A stretch of DNA of 64,000 bases, taken from a virus. Lineage: Duplodnaviria > Caudoviricetes. The notes beneath the pieces are model-generated. The model saw only the letters and a list, made by a program, of their open reading frames with translations. It was not told the DNA's origin and ran no database searches. Made by a program: the position numbers and the translations under genes. The number at the start of each line of letters is the position of its first letter. The first letter of the stretch is position 1. Shown here piece by piece: positions 29,020-39,641 of this stretch. Location of the stretch: positions 32,001-96,000 of IMG/VR virus record IMGVR_UViG_3300021431_004083; one strand, written 5' to 3'.

Positions 29020-32000
29020 TTACATTTGCTGTCCGTGTACACTCGACAACGGAACAATTTTGATATATGCGTCAGACTCAAGCTTATTCTTGTTGTCCGA
29101 CATCATCTCTCCCATAACCTTAACACCGATTTTACGGGTATTAGGATGGGCGAGAATATAACCTGCTATCTCGGGAAGAATCTCAGTGTTGAGCTTGGAA
29201 AGAACCGCACGCGCGCCGCCCGAGTCAGCCTGCGTATCCAACATATCCTCAACAAGATATTGAACAACCTTCTTATCTATTGCGACACGAACGCCATGCA
29301 AATTCATGATACGATTCTGCATATCAGCAATCCTGTTACGAACAATCTGCTTTTGCGTCGCCTCGGACAACGGTTGAAACGGAACGATATTATCACCGAT
29401 ACGACCGAGCAGCTCAGGCGGGAACTTGTTCTCACCTGTCGCGTCGGAAAGTGAACGACGAATCAGCTTGATATAGCGATTAATAATCGCCGCCGAACCC
29501 TCGTCACTCGCATTGTATTGAGATATTGTTTTATAAATCTCATTACCGGCATTCGTTGTGAATATCAAATATGAATTTTTGAATGTAACCTCTCTGTTAT
29601 TAGAGTCAATCAGACGACCGTCATCAATAACAGGAAGAAGAATACGTGTAACAGCGCCATTGGCTTTCTCGATTTCGTCCAGAAGAACGATGGAATAAGG
29701 ACGTGCCCAAACCCTATCTGTGAGCTCCTTACGGAAACGCTCCATCGAATCGGCATTGGCGTACTCCGTCATATCGAAACGAATCAAAGCACGTTCATCA
29801 TCAAAGAGAATCTTAGCCAACTGTTTCGTCATTTCCGTATTATGCGTTACGACATAATCACCGGCTTGATACAAATGCTCTTCGTCATCAACCATGATAC
29901 AAGTCGTATCGTATTCGAAGTCAAGCTCCCTGATAGACTTTATCATAATAACATCGTAATGCTTCTTATTGATACGAGCGTTATCACGCTTAACACCTTC
30001 GGATATCGTTTGCAACGCATCCTGTCTTGTGAAGAACCGAAGCTTATCCGCTGCGGAACATTTCACTTCGACGGTATGCTTATACGCATTAGATACTTTA
30101 TTATCGCCGGACGACACACCTTTCACAGCGCTCTTTATTGTACAAGAAACACCCAACGAATAAATGACGGACGCCAAATTCTTGATGAACGTCTCAGACG
30201 AAGACGTAAACGTCAAATTCAATCTATCAGGCTTGGCGACAACGCCGCCGACGTCGAAAATACCGCGAATCAAATCCCAACGCTGTTCAATCGAACCATA
30301 CATATACTCGGCAGGAATCTCACGGCTGTTCTTCGCAGCCAATTCCATGCCTCGATTGTACGGAGAAATACGATACTTACGCTTATCATATTGAACAGGT
30401 TTGTTCATCGGAATCACGTAACGACCTTTATTGCTTTGAAGCTTCAGCATCAAATCCTCGGTCGTAGCAGTCCGCCAATACGTACCGCCCTTGCCGCCGA
30501 CATTCGAATAAGACCAAAGGTGCTCCCGTCCTGTATAAAGTGTCCTGCCATCAGCAAGCGTCACACAATACAAACGCTTCTTACCTTGCTTGAATACACC
30601 TGTTACCTGAACAGGCTTACCCTCACGATTAAAGACGTAATCGCCGACCATCAAATCGCCGTTTCGCTTCACAGGTTCAGCCTGATTATAAACAGGAATC
30701 GGAGTCTCATCCCACAAATCCTTACCAACGCCCGTAGAGCCTGTAAACAGGAACGTACCCATCGGACGATTCGGCTCATTCAAGCCTGCGGAACAGACCT
30801 GCAGGCGACGGGAAAGAACCTCCGTCGCGTAATCCTGCGCGAGAACCTTTTCATCAAGACGCTTCTTAATGTTGACAGCGTCAACAACGAAATCAACCTT
30901 GACATTCTCCGACTCTTGAATAACCTCGGCCAGAAGCTTTTCATCAAGCGGTTTGTTCTGAGAACGATACCAACCTATCATAGCGTCAAGTACCTTCAAC
31001 GATTTACGCGGCTGCACTGACGCCGGAATATAACGATTCGTATACTCATAAATCTTATGGAACATATAATCGTTATAGAATTGGTCATCAACTCCGTAAG
31101 TCTCGGACATTTTCCTCAGAATAGCAATCGTCGTCTCTTCATCGACAACAGGCAGATTGATACGCTGCAAACGTTCTTGTAACGGCAGATTAGGTCTAAT
31201 CCACTGAATGAACTCTTCTGTAGTCGTCGCCGCAATAACACGGATACCACGAACACCGGAATCAGCCAAAATCGGCTTCAACGCTTCGACTGCGGCAGCG
31301 GACAACTGAACAATCTGATGGAACTCGTCAATAAACAATACAAGCTCCCTGCCTGTTTGTTCACGGTACGACTGCGCTTCATCGAATAATTGCTTCAAAC
31401 GATTTGCCATTTCATTTGAATCACGCAAATCGGCAATCATCTTCGCGAGATCAACTTCGAGGTACAGACGCTCTTTGTCTTTCATCATCAAACCCTGAAC
31501 GACCGCCGTGTTATGCGTGACGATGTGACACTTACCCGCTTGGAACAAATGCGACGGGGAATCAACATAAATACATGTCATATCGACATCCTCGTCGAGC
31601 CGCTCGATTTTATCAATGCGTAACTGCTCTGTCGGTCTGTGAGACATCACCGCGCCGATCGGAACACCGGGCAGCGGCAAACAAATACGCAAATCCGCTA
31701 TATTCAACACATAAAGCGAATAGGTATCGTCAGCCGTTTTTACCAGACGCGTACGAATGCCCAATGAGTCCATCAACTCTTTGACGAAACGAGCAAAAAG
31801 GAACATCGTACTGCAATCAACATAATAGGGGGGCCATGGCTCTTTATTTCCATAATAGCCGAGGCGCATCAAAATACCATGCAAAAACGCCTGTCGCTGC
31901 TGAATTGAACCGTTAAGGATATCGAAATATTCCGATTCGATACTTTCCTCTGTCATCAATGTACCTTTGAACACATCGATACAATCATAACCCTGCTGAC

Positions 32001-32523
32001 GGATATCACAAAAAATACCCGTGAACGGTTTTTGCAAAGCGCCGTTAACAGGCACATAAAAAACGCCGCGACGTGCTGATTTGCGAAGCATTTCAGATAA
32101 TGTCATATCACGGAAATCAGCATCCGTTTCATAACGTACACGCCAAATATGACTGTCGTTACAAACAATAATACTTCCATCCTCAAATATGACACGATAA
32201 GCGGCAATGCGACCTTGCGGATACACGCCCTTTACACGACAGGACAAACCTCGTTCATCAAAAACGGTATCACCAACCTTGATTTCGCTTATCGGCTTAT
32301 ACAACCTGTCGCTATCCAAAACAGGAATCGGAGTATCATTCGCAAGCGCTTTACCGGCACCGGCTTCCGCTATCAACATAACATTGCACAGCTCAGGGCG
32401 ATGCAGCGCGGCATTTATGGTATCCATCTCATGTTCACGACCTAATATTTCTCGTGTCGGTTTCTGCATGGGATGCGTATACTTCCCAAGATACGGCCAC
32501 GTTCTCAGGTCGACGTCGGACAT
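29020..32523 (-). CDS. Clp-like double AAA+ ATPase (about 593 aa mature) with two inteins
   Basis: ILGRE, AEAGAGK|T, LFIDEFH, ATT, GSTGVGK|TE, RFDMTEY, LLDEIEKA, PELLGR and GGAR motifs. Confidence 0.9.
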   Translation of the reverse strand: MSDVDLRTWPYLGKYTHPMQKPTREILGREHEMDTINAALHRPELCNVMLIAEAGAGKALANDTPIPVLDSDRLYKPISEIKVGDTVFDERGLSCRVKGVYPQGRIAAYRVIFEDGSIIVCNDSHIWRVRYETDADFRDMTLSEMLRKSARRGVFYVPVNGALQKPFTGIFCDIRQQGYDCIDVFKGTLMTEESIESEYFDILNGSIQQRQAFLHGILMRLGYYGNKEPWPPYYVDCSTMFLFARFVKELMDSLGIRTRLVKTADDTYSLYVLNIADLRICLPLPGVPIGAVMSHRPTEQLRIDKIERLDEDVDMTCIYVDSPSHLFQAGKCHIVTHNTAVVQGLMMKDKERLYLEVDLAKMIADLRDSNEMANRLKQLFDEAQSYREQTGRELVLFIDEFHQIVQLSAAAVEALKPILADSGVRGIRVIAATTTEEFIQWIRPNLPLQERLQRINLPVVDEETTIAILRKMSETYGVDDQFYNDYMFHKIYEYTNRYIPASVQPRKSLKVLDAMIGWYRSQNKPLDEKLLAEVIQESENVKVDFVVDAVNIKKRLDEKVLAQDYATEVLSRRLQVCSAGLNEPNRPMGTFLFTGSTGVGKDLWDETPIPVYNQAEPVKRNGDLMVGDYVFNREGKPVQVTGVFKQGKKRLYCVTLADGRTLYTGREHLWSYSNVGGKGGTYWRTATTEDLMLKLQSNKGRYVIPMNKPVQYDKRKYRISPYNRGMELAAKNSREIPAEYMYGSIEQRWDLIRGIFDVGGVVAKPDRLNLTFTSSSETFIKNLASVIYSLGVSCTIKSAVKGVSSGDNKVSNAYKHTVEVKCSAADKLRFFTRQDALQTISEGVKRDNARINKKHYDVIMIKSIRELDFEYDTTCIMVDDEEHLYQAGDYVVTHNTEMTKQLAKILFDDERALIRFDMTEYANADSMERFRKELTDRVWARPYSIVLLDEIEKANGAVTRILLPVIDDGRLIDSNNREVTFKNSYLIFTTNAGNEIYKTISQYNASDEGSAAIINRYIKLIRRSLSDATGENKFPPELLGRIGDNIVPFQPLSEATQKQIVRNRIADMQNRIMNLHGVRVAIDKKVVQYLVEDMLDTQADSGGARAVLSKLNTEILPEIAGYILAHPNTRKIGVKVMGEMMSDNKNKLESDAYIKIVPLSSVHGQQM
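29839..30720 (-). mobile_element. Intein 2 (class 3, Asp1, 294 aa) in second Walker A
   Basis: GK|DLWDETPIP..EHLW..TTCIMVD..VVTHN|T; partial LAGLIDADG-like LIRGIFDVGG. Confidence 0.88.
31510..32349 (-). mobile_element. Intein 1 (class 3, Ala1, 280 aa) in first Walker A
   Basis: GK|ALANDTPIP..SHIW..MTCIYVD..IVTHN|T; Trp/Cys/Thr triplet; degenerate LAGLIDADG-like segment. Confidence 0.88.
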
Positions 32524-32624
32524 AAATACCAGCTCCTTCCTTTGTATAAACAATTCTATAGATATAGCATACCATAAACAAAAAGAAATAGCAAGTGTTT
32601 CAAGTAAAAACTTTTAAAAAAGAG

Positions 32625-32660
32625 CAAAAAAAGTAACCCCGTGATAAATCACGGGGTTAC
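32625..32660 (-). terminator. Terminator
   Basis: GTAACCCCGTGAT-tt-ATCACGGGGTTAC followed by T7. Confidence 0.8.
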
Positions 32661-32684
32661 GAGAACAATTCTGTTCAAACGAGA

Positions 32685-33215
32685 TTACATCTCAGGCTGA
32701 GCCTCGGCCTGCTCTGCAGGCTGCTCGGGAACCTCAATAGCGGGGCGTTCCGTACCCGCCGCCTTCTCAGCACGCTGTGCTTCACGATAAGAAACAACGT
32801 CGCTGTAAGCGGAACGAACATCAGACTGCTTGATGCCGTCGAAAGGACCGCCGTTACCGTAATTCTCTTTCGCGATGCCATACTTCTCTTTCAGACCGTC
32901 GAGAGTCTTGTTGGACGGAGCCGCATAAACACGACCTTTGTCGTTCTTGCCGACGCCGACATTAAAGCCGGGCGGAAATGCGAGAAGCTCGGGGGAATCA
33001 CCCTTAGCGGGACACACAAACGCGATCTCTCTCATCTTAGTGAGCATCTGCTCGGAGAGAAAAGCATTGAATCGGGTATCAGCAGGAACCTTACCGTTCT
33101 CATCAGGCTCCGTACCGAAACGAATGAAATGACCGCCGAAATTCTTTGCGCCGTTCTTATCGACCTGCTTGCCGACAACGAAACCGAAACGTCCGTTTAA
33201 ATCCTTTTTAGCCAT
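32685..33215 (-). CDS. Hypothetical protein
   Basis: AAGGAG RBS, own terminator. Confidence 0.7.
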   Translation of the reverse strand: MAKKDLNGRFGFVVGKQVDKNGAKNFGGHFIRFGTEPDENGKVPADTRFNAFLSEQMLTKMREIAFVCPAKGDSPELLAFPPGFNVGVGKNDKGRVYAAPSNKTLDGLKEKYGIAKENYGNGGPFDGIKQSDVRSAYSDVVSYREAQRAEKAAGTERPAIEVPEQPAEQAEAQPEM

Positions 33216-33559
33216 AATAGTATCTCCTTTCTTCTTCGTCATCAAACGAAGCGTAACAATAATAAATTTGACAGACATATGGCTTTATATCTGTAACGAT
33301 AGAACTGACTTATCCTTTCGTCAATCTTATAATACTACAAATCGCATATTTGTCAAGATTTTTTTTTCAAAAGGCTTCAGACACAAAAAAAGCAAAAACG
33401 CCGCTCTTTCAGAGAGATCGAGCACGACCTTTCCGATTGAGGACGCATGCGCTTTGTCTACGCGCATGTAACAAAACGACCTCAATCGAAAACCGAAAAA
33501 CAAATTCACATAAAGAGACCTCCTTCAGCTTTGCTGATGGATGTCATGCCGTGCTCTTG

Positions 33560-35626
33560 TTATATACCTGTTTCTCTTACTACCACATCATGGACAGCGG
33601 AACGTATCTCAGTCATATAATCAGCATCAAGACTTACTGTTCTGTTGCGGCGTTTTTCCCCGGAAGCACCAACGCTGGTATGTAACACAGGCTGAACCGA
33701 CATTTTATCGGCAACCTCTTTCATATAATATATATCCCTTTCAGGCAAAGAAAGAATCGACTCACTCTGACCGGAACGAACCAAATACGACTTTGCTTGC
33801 TCATAGAGCTCATAACGACGGTTCGCTGTTTCAACGAACGTCAAGACATTATCATTGGCGACGATCGTATCATATGACCAATCAAAACCGAGATGGTGGA
33901 TATCAAGCGCCTTTACGTCATCGAAATCACGAGGAGATTCCTTTTTTACACCTCTGTCGTCAAGCGAATAGCCTGACAACGACAAACGATACCGAAAATC
34001 GTCCTCCATCGTTTGATATCTATCGCGCATAGCGTCCAATCGCAGCTCCAAAACATGAGGCGCTGTCACCATATAAGAACCACCGTGCATATCATAAGTC
34101 TGCCGACCGTAACGCTCCGCTCTGTCGGAAAGCATACGCGGCATAGACTTATCGGAAAGCATCAACTCCATATTACGGACGCGACGCCGATAATCCATCA
34201 ACTGCTGAAAGCCCTCTTCATAATCCTCATCGGGAGGAAGAAATGACAAGAAATGCTGATACTTCGCCATCAACTGCGCGTTGTATTCTTCTTCAAATCG
34301 AAAGAAATTGTATAACGGCTCAGACGCCTTTGCTACGTTCGGCGTATTCTCATATTCTTTTACAAGGTCATGATATTTCTCTGTTTCTTTTTTGTGATAC
34401 TTCAACCTTGATGAATACGAACGCAAACGAAATCCGAATTCGACCATAGGGTCGCTCGTTTGCGCCGCCATTTCTTCATATGATAACGACATCGCGGAAA
34501 GCATAGGCGTCCATACACGCTTATCCGCCTCATCAACCTGCGCCAATACGGAATACACAGCGTTAATACAGTCATTCATAAACCGACGATGAGCCTGTCT
34601 GGTCATCATACGATAATCCCTATTGCTGAGATTCTCATTATCGACACGACTTTTTGCGTATTCATCGATATTACGCTGTACCGTTTCATAACCCGAATCA
34701 TCAGCGGAAAGAATCTCGGTCACCAACTCACGCACGATTGTATTTGGCTTCTTCATCTCTTTTCGATTAGTGGACGCTCTCCACAATCTCTTATCCGACG
34801 GAAGGCATGATAATAAGAACTGAGGTGTTCCATGCTCCGCCATTAACTTATGCGTAAAGCGTTTTACAAAACCGATAACATTCTGTTTATCATAACCGAC
34901 TGACGCCGCCATCATATGCAAGGATTTCTGCTCATCAAGATACAAGTCGATGCCACGGCGAATAGCGCGTTTGCCCGTTTCATTGATTTTTCCTCGCTGC
35001 ACACCGTTCACCTTATGTTTTCCATCGCCACGGTCAACCATTGCCAAATGGCAATGTACATGTGCTGTATCGACCTGAATGACACCGACGTATTGCAAAT
35101 CATCATAAAAACGAGACAAACCCTTGATTCCGTGCATAATCGCCATACGAAGCTTCATTTGGTCAATATGCCCACGGTAATCCCCTCGATAGGAAAACGC
35201 GAAATCATCAGACACAAGACCATACTCACGCAGATAATCCTCATCAAACGAGATGACTGTCTTCATGACAGTCTTCCCCGCGTCGAAACAACGCTGAATA
35301 TCCTTGGACGCTGATTTCAACTTTGCGTGCGACAAAGACACGTCGCCGTAACCGAAAGCTACGCCGCCGTGCCCTTGCTTGTCTTTCATTTTTCGTTTTA
35401 AGGAAGGAACGCTCATTGTATCGTCAACGGCTGAATCTCTCGCCATATAGCGCGTAACGAAATTGTCAATATCATTGCGCCGAATAGGCGCTAAAATTTC
35501 CGTTGCTTTTTCCCGAGCCATGTAGCGTTCTATATAGCCGCCGGGTGTTCCGCCGCGAGAACCGCCTTTCGCCGTCTTTGTTGTAAACTCGTTAACAATA
35601 ACGATATGTTGCTTCAACCCATTCAC
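33560..35626 (-). CDS. Relaxase, MobL-like
   Basis: N-terminal YIERYMAR, VISF, and YVGVIQVDTAHVHCHLAMVD (HUH-type metal motif); lies in a tra region. Confidence 0.75.
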   Translation of the reverse strand: MNGLKQHIVIVNEFTTKTAKGGSRGGTPGGYIERYMAREKATEILAPIRRNDIDNFVTRYMARDSAVDDTMSVPSLKRKMKDKQGHGGVAFGYGDVSLSHAKLKSASKDIQRCFDAGKTVMKTVISFDEDYLREYGLVSDDFAFSYRGDYRGHIDQMKLRMAIMHGIKGLSRFYDDLQYVGVIQVDTAHVHCHLAMVDRGDGKHKVNGVQRGKINETGKRAIRRGIDLYLDEQKSLHMMAASVGYDKQNVIGFVKRFTHKLMAEHGTPQFLLSCLPSDKRLWRASTNRKEMKKPNTIVRELVTEILSADDSGYETVQRNIDEYAKSRVDNENLSNRDYRMMTRQAHRRFMNDCINAVYSVLAQVDEADKRVWTPMLSAMSLSYEEMAAQTSDPMVEFGFRLRSYSSRLKYHKKETEKYHDLVKEYENTPNVAKASEPLYNFFRFEEEYNAQLMAKYQHFLSFLPPDEDYEEGFQQLMDYRRRVRNMELMLSDKSMPRMLSDRAERYGRQTYDMHGGSYMVTAPHVLELRLDAMRDRYQTMEDDFRYRLSLSGYSLDDRGVKKESPRDFDDVKALDIHHLGFDWSYDTIVANDNVLTFVETANRRYELYEQAKSYLVRSGQSESILSLPERDIYYMKEVADKMSVQPVLHTSVGASGEKRRNRTVSLDADYMTEIRSAVHDVVVRETGI

Positions 35627-35649
35627 AACAACACAACCCCTTTACATCA

Positions 35650-36000
35650 TTATAATGAAATATAAAGCTCTCGCTCAAAATAATCTCCCTCAATATATAT
35701 AGTATCCTGCATAAATTCTTTAGATGCGGCAGGCTGACGTCTCAGCCAAGAAAGAGCCTCAGAAGCTTCTTTATCATTCACGCGTCCACCCTGAATAACC
35801 CAAAATTCTTTTTTTGATATAGCATTAGTCAAACGCAAATTTAACGGAAGAAAGGACGGTGCAGTATCATCAAACCTATCTAACTCGTTATTAAAAACTT
35901 TAATAACGGTTTCTACATATTTATCAACTCTTTTGTATTGTACAAAATCCTCAAACAAACTTGTACCTGCGCCGTTACATTCATCAAATTTCAATTCCAT
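35650..36000 (-). CDS. Hypothetical protein
   Basis: AAGGAG RBS, 116 aa. Confidence 0.55.
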   Translation of the reverse strand: MELKFDECNGAGTSLFEDFVQYKRVDKYVETVIKVFNNELDRFDDTAPSFLPLNLRLTNAISKKEFWVIQGGRVNDKEASEALSWLRRQPAASKEFMQDTIYIEGDYFERELYISL

Positions 36001-36056
36001 AATACATAATCTCCTTAACCATCATATTTTCATTATAATATACAATCGAATAAAAA

Positions 36057-37148
36057 TCAACGATTAGTTTTCTGCAAAGACGTCTTGTCCAATTTACTCG
36101 GAAAAAACAAAGCATTAAAAGCCTTACTGAAAAAGAACGCCAATATGATTGCAGGAAGCATGAACAAACAATAGCTGCCAAAACACTCGCCTTGGCACAA
36201 TGATGTTTCGTAAAAAATCTTTCTCGCCAATATCGTGAGCAAATAAATCTCCAAAGAAAAGGCTCCGAAGAACGCAAATACCTTATCGAGACTGACATAA
36301 GACAACAGCATAAACAACTGCGATAGCAAATACGTGAGAGCCACACCGACAAAAGAACCATAGTACCGATAAATAATATCATAAACATCACGATATCGAT
36401 ACACAGGCAACATACCAAGGATAATAATAACCGAAAGCAGCAACGAAAGAGCAGAGAATCTTTTCTTACTTTTAACTCGCCCACCGATATAGCAACCGAA
36501 AATGAAAATCGTCAAACGAGATACGGCGCGGTCAACAGTATTATAAAAATCAGGAAAACAATAAAACAAAAATAAGGCAAAAGCAATAGATAAAGCAACG
36601 AGAAATAACATACGAAAACACTCGTGTGTTGACTGCGAAAACCGTGATTTTTGTTCTGCGTGCTTACCTAATGGCTCACGATAAATGAATTTATGTATGA
36701 ACGGGTATAATAAATAAAAAACAAGAATAACGCTGATATACCAGAAATCAACAGACGGCGCTGTGCCTGTCCAGAAGTTCAATGTCAAAAGAGCGTGTAT
36801 CAAACCGTCCGTTTTGATTTTACTCTTAAGATAAATGTCAACGATATAAGGCGCTACCAACATGACATACGGCAAATAAACACGCAATATCCGTTTTCCA
36901 TAGAATTTCAAAAGCGGCGGCTTCTTAGAATACGCGAAATACAAACCGACTCCGGATAAAAAAACAAAAATATCAACACCGATATTTCCGCATATAAGAA
37001 TATCATATAAAAACTTACTGCCGCCTTCAAAATGAACAGTATCAAGCTGAGCGCCATGGAACAAAACAATCCATAAAGCAGCAAAACCGAACATCGCGTT
37101 ACGAAATTTACTGAAAGAATAATAATTTAATCCGCATTCTTTAATCAT
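36057..37148 (-). CDS. Acyltransferase family 3 (O-acetyltransferase-like) membrane protein
   Basis: FAALWIVLFH, GVDIFVFLSG, FYGKRILRV, WYI, SLEIYL; about 10 TM helices; promoter at 37186-37214. Confidence 0.85.
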   Translation of the reverse strand: MIKECGLNYYSFSKFRNAMFGFAALWIVLFHGAQLDTVHFEGGSKFLYDILICGNIGVDIFVFLSGVGLYFAYSKKPPLLKFYGKRILRVYLPYVMLVAPYIVDIYLKSKIKTDGLIHALLTLNFWTGTAPSVDFWYISVILVFYLLYPFIHKFIYREPLGKHAEQKSRFSQSTHECFRMLFLVALSIAFALFLFYCFPDFYNTVDRAVSRLTIFIFGCYIGGRVKSKKRFSALSLLLSVIIILGMLPVYRYRDVYDIIYRYYGSFVGVALTYLLSQLFMLLSYVSLDKVFAFFGAFSLEIYLLTILARKIFYETSLCQGECFGSYCLFMLPAIILAFFFSKAFNALFFPSKLDKTSLQKTNR

Positions 37149-37317
37149 AAAGCTCTCCTTTAAGTATATATTTCAGACTAAAACCATTATAGCATACATA
37201 AAGCAGAATTGCAATAACTTTATTGCAAATCATACAAAAGAAGAAACCACCGCAATGACGGTGATTTCTCCTGTCTGAAATATATCTCCAAACAGCCGTA
37301 TAATACGACCGGGATTC

Positions 37318-37503
37318 TTATTTCCAATTAATCAATCTTTGATGAAAATATGCGTCAACATCGCACAATAAAGGTGTTCGTTCCTTATCAATGAGACGTT
37401 CGATGTCTTCTTTAGGAGGAAGCGGCAGACAACAATCCTTCAAGACCTGAATCTTGAATCTCACATATGCTTTTCTGTTGTCTTCCAATCTTCTTTGTGC
37501 CAC
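37318..37503 (-). CDS. Small hypothetical protein
   Basis: GGAG RBS, GTG start, followed by a hairpin near 37240-37272. Confidence 0.5.
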   Translation of the reverse strand: MAQRRLEDNRKAYVRFKIQVLKDCCLPLPPKEDIERLIDKERTPLLCDVDAYFHQRLINWK

Positions 37504-37526
37504 AATCGTCGCTCCCTTTCCCTGTA

Positions 37527-38534
37527 TTAATAATTATCGTAACCGTCCATATCGTCTTCGTCGAACTCGTCCTGCTCGCTCTCGTAAATCTCATTCTCAT
37601 GAACGACATCACGCATCTCCTGAGACATCTCATCACGACCTTCGTCGCCTTGCTTGTTCGCGTACTCAGACTCAAGCTCAGGATACTCATCCTCAGGCGA
37701 ATACTCTTCAGGCTTCGCTACGCTCTCAGCGCGCTCGACCATCTTGCTGTCAACGTTCGCTTCGACGCGCTCAAACTGCTCTCTGATGATGTCAGGCAAA
37801 CGTTTCTCGGAAGAATCCTCTTCCTCGTCCTCTTTCTCCTCAGACTCAGGCTCATCAAGCGCGGGGTTCTCTGTATACTCGGTATCATCGTCTTCCATAT
37901 CATCAAATTCGTTCTCGTCGATGTAAACGGTCTGAGCTTCGGGAGACGCGGCCTCTTCTTTATAGAAGTTCACAGCTTCCGTACCAAGCTCATACGGAGC
38001 TGTAGTACTGTCAATCTGAAGATCATGGAAACAGCTCGTATCAACAACGATGATCGGGGTTTCCGTATTATCGCGCGGATAAATCACGAACATCGTAACA
38101 CCCTGCTGCAGGGGCATATCCTCATAATCATTATGTGTAAAGAAATCAGGGAGAACAAACGGACCGTCCTGAGCAAACAGACCATACGGAATCAAATCCG
38201 CAAGCTCCTTATCAGACAACTCATAATGATAATTGGCGCTCGGCCAAATATCCTCGTCGTCAGGAAAGGCTACGAAATCAATATCAGGAAGACCGAGTGT
38301 TTCTTTACCCGCGTCTGTTAAACGCAGACGCTTAATGGCGCCTTTGATTTCGAAATACGGACGGCAGTTCTGAAGAACACTATGGTTATGCTTATATACC
38401 TGCTGAGAAAACAAGTCACAAGAACAAGCGACATTTTTCTTCTCCTCGAAGCCTGAACAATTCGCTAATATGTTACGAGCCTTCGGGGAGTTAATAGGGA
38501 AAACACATAACTCACGAACAACTTTATCGGACAT
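37527..38534 (-). CDS. Very acidic hypothetical protein
   Basis: AAGGA RBS; Asp/Glu-rich C-terminal half. Confidence 0.7.
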   Translation of the reverse strand: MSDKVVRELCVFPINSPKARNILANCSGFEEKKNVACSCDLFSQQVYKHNHSVLQNCRPYFEIKGAIKRLRLTDAGKETLGLPDIDFVAFPDDEDIWPSANYHYELSDKELADLIPYGLFAQDGPFVLPDFFTHNDYEDMPLQQGVTMFVIYPRDNTETPIIVVDTSCFHDLQIDSTTAPYELGTEAVNFYKEEAASPEAQTVYIDENEFDDMEDDDTEYTENPALDEPESEEKEDEEEDSSEKRLPDIIREQFERVEANVDSKMVERAESVAKPEEYSPEDEYPELESEYANKQGDEGRDEMSQEMRDVVHENEIYESEQDEFDEDDMDGYDNY

Positions 38535-38579
38535 AATTATATCGTTCCTTTCTTCTCCGCAAACAGACGGAGACTAAAA

Positions 38580-38990
38580 TCATTTTTCCTTCGATTCACG
38601 ATACATCTTCTCATTTCGACGAATACCGTATGCCAAAACTCTACCGACGATATCACTCAATTTCTTATGGATTTTATAAATAATCAAGCATGTCAAAACA
38701 CAAAGCATCAACATAACAAAAACAGACGGCAGCATAAACAAAGAAAAACTCTGCATCAAGGAACCATCCGTCGCCGTTTGCGATACAACAGCGCCTATCG
38801 ACGTCGATATGACCGGCAAGAAATAACAGCCGATAAGAAACGTGAATACATAAAAAACAAACGCTTCAAATATGTACTGAAGAGCTCTCAGGAAAAAACG
38901 CTGCGCGTTTTTCCGGCTCTCAGACCAAAGCTTGACCTTACGGTCGGGGGTTTTAGGGGTTTTCATTTTTTGCTCTCTCCTCTGTATCAA
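38580..38990 (-). CDS. Two-TM membrane protein (tra operon)
   Basis: Two hydrophobic segments; operon spacing. Confidence 0.65.
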   Translation of the reverse strand: MIQRREQKMKTPKTPDRKVKLWSESRKNAQRFFLRALQYIFEAFVFYVFTFLIGCYFLPVISTSIGAVVSQTATDGSLMQSFSLFMLPSVFVMLMLCVLTCLIIYKIHKKLSDIVGRVLAYGIRRNEKMYRESKEK

Positions 38991-38993
38991 TCA

Positions 38994-39629
38994 TTAAGCG
39001 AACGCGTACAAGTCGCCGACAGTGCCGTCGTTTGCAACGCTCAACGTAAAAATAGTTTGCGCTGAAGATGTACGACCTTTCTTATCGCTTGTATGCCATT
39101 TGACGAACGCCGTATAATAACACGTATCACCGATTGTATCTGTCAAATACAAATCCATGGAATCATAAGTTACACTCAGACCATTCGTGTCAATATCATT
39201 ATAGTTCGTCTTACCGTCATTGGAAACCTCATTCGGAACCTCAGGCATGAACTCAGTCAATATAGAACTGTCCTTCGCTACCTTATAATCCTCCATTAAC
39301 ATAGCACGAACGTCGTTATACTCATCCCAAGATTTCCAAGACATAACCTTCGTCAAAAACGACTCTATAGCGTTTTTATCCTTTGTCATACGCGCGGAAT
39401 CAAGACCGGTGACAACAGATACGGCTTTCTCTTGCGCCTGTTGCTGCGTGCGCTGTATAATCGTAATACGGTTATTCAACTCTTCGATTTTCGCCTGTTG
39501 CTCACGCAACTGTGTACGGCGACTGTTCGTCATGGCATTACCTAACGTGACAGAAAGAGTAGCAAACGCGATTGCGATTATCACCAATAAATAACGAGCA
39601 AACGCTTCTTTTGCATATTGTTTCTTCAT
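38994..39629 (-). CDS. Bitopic tra protein (possibly VirB8/TcpC-like)
   Basis: N-terminal TM, coiled coil, alpha/beta C-terminus; family call is by architecture only. Confidence 0.55.
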   Translation of the reverse strand: MKKQYAKEAFARYLLVIIAIAFATLSVTLGNAMTNSRRTQLREQQAKIEELNNRITIIQRTQQQAQEKAVSVVTGLDSARMTKDKNAIESFLTKVMSWKSWDEYNDVRAMLMEDYKVAKDSSILTEFMPEVPNEVSNDGKTNYNDIDTNGLSVTYDSMDLYLTDTIGDTCYYTAFVKWHTSDKKGRTSSAQTIFTLSVANDGTVGDLYAFA

Positions 39630-39641
39630 CGAATCACCGCC

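Noticed and set aside
33280-33560. oriT next to the relaxase
   Set aside because: No nick-site consensus or convincing inverted repeat that I can support.
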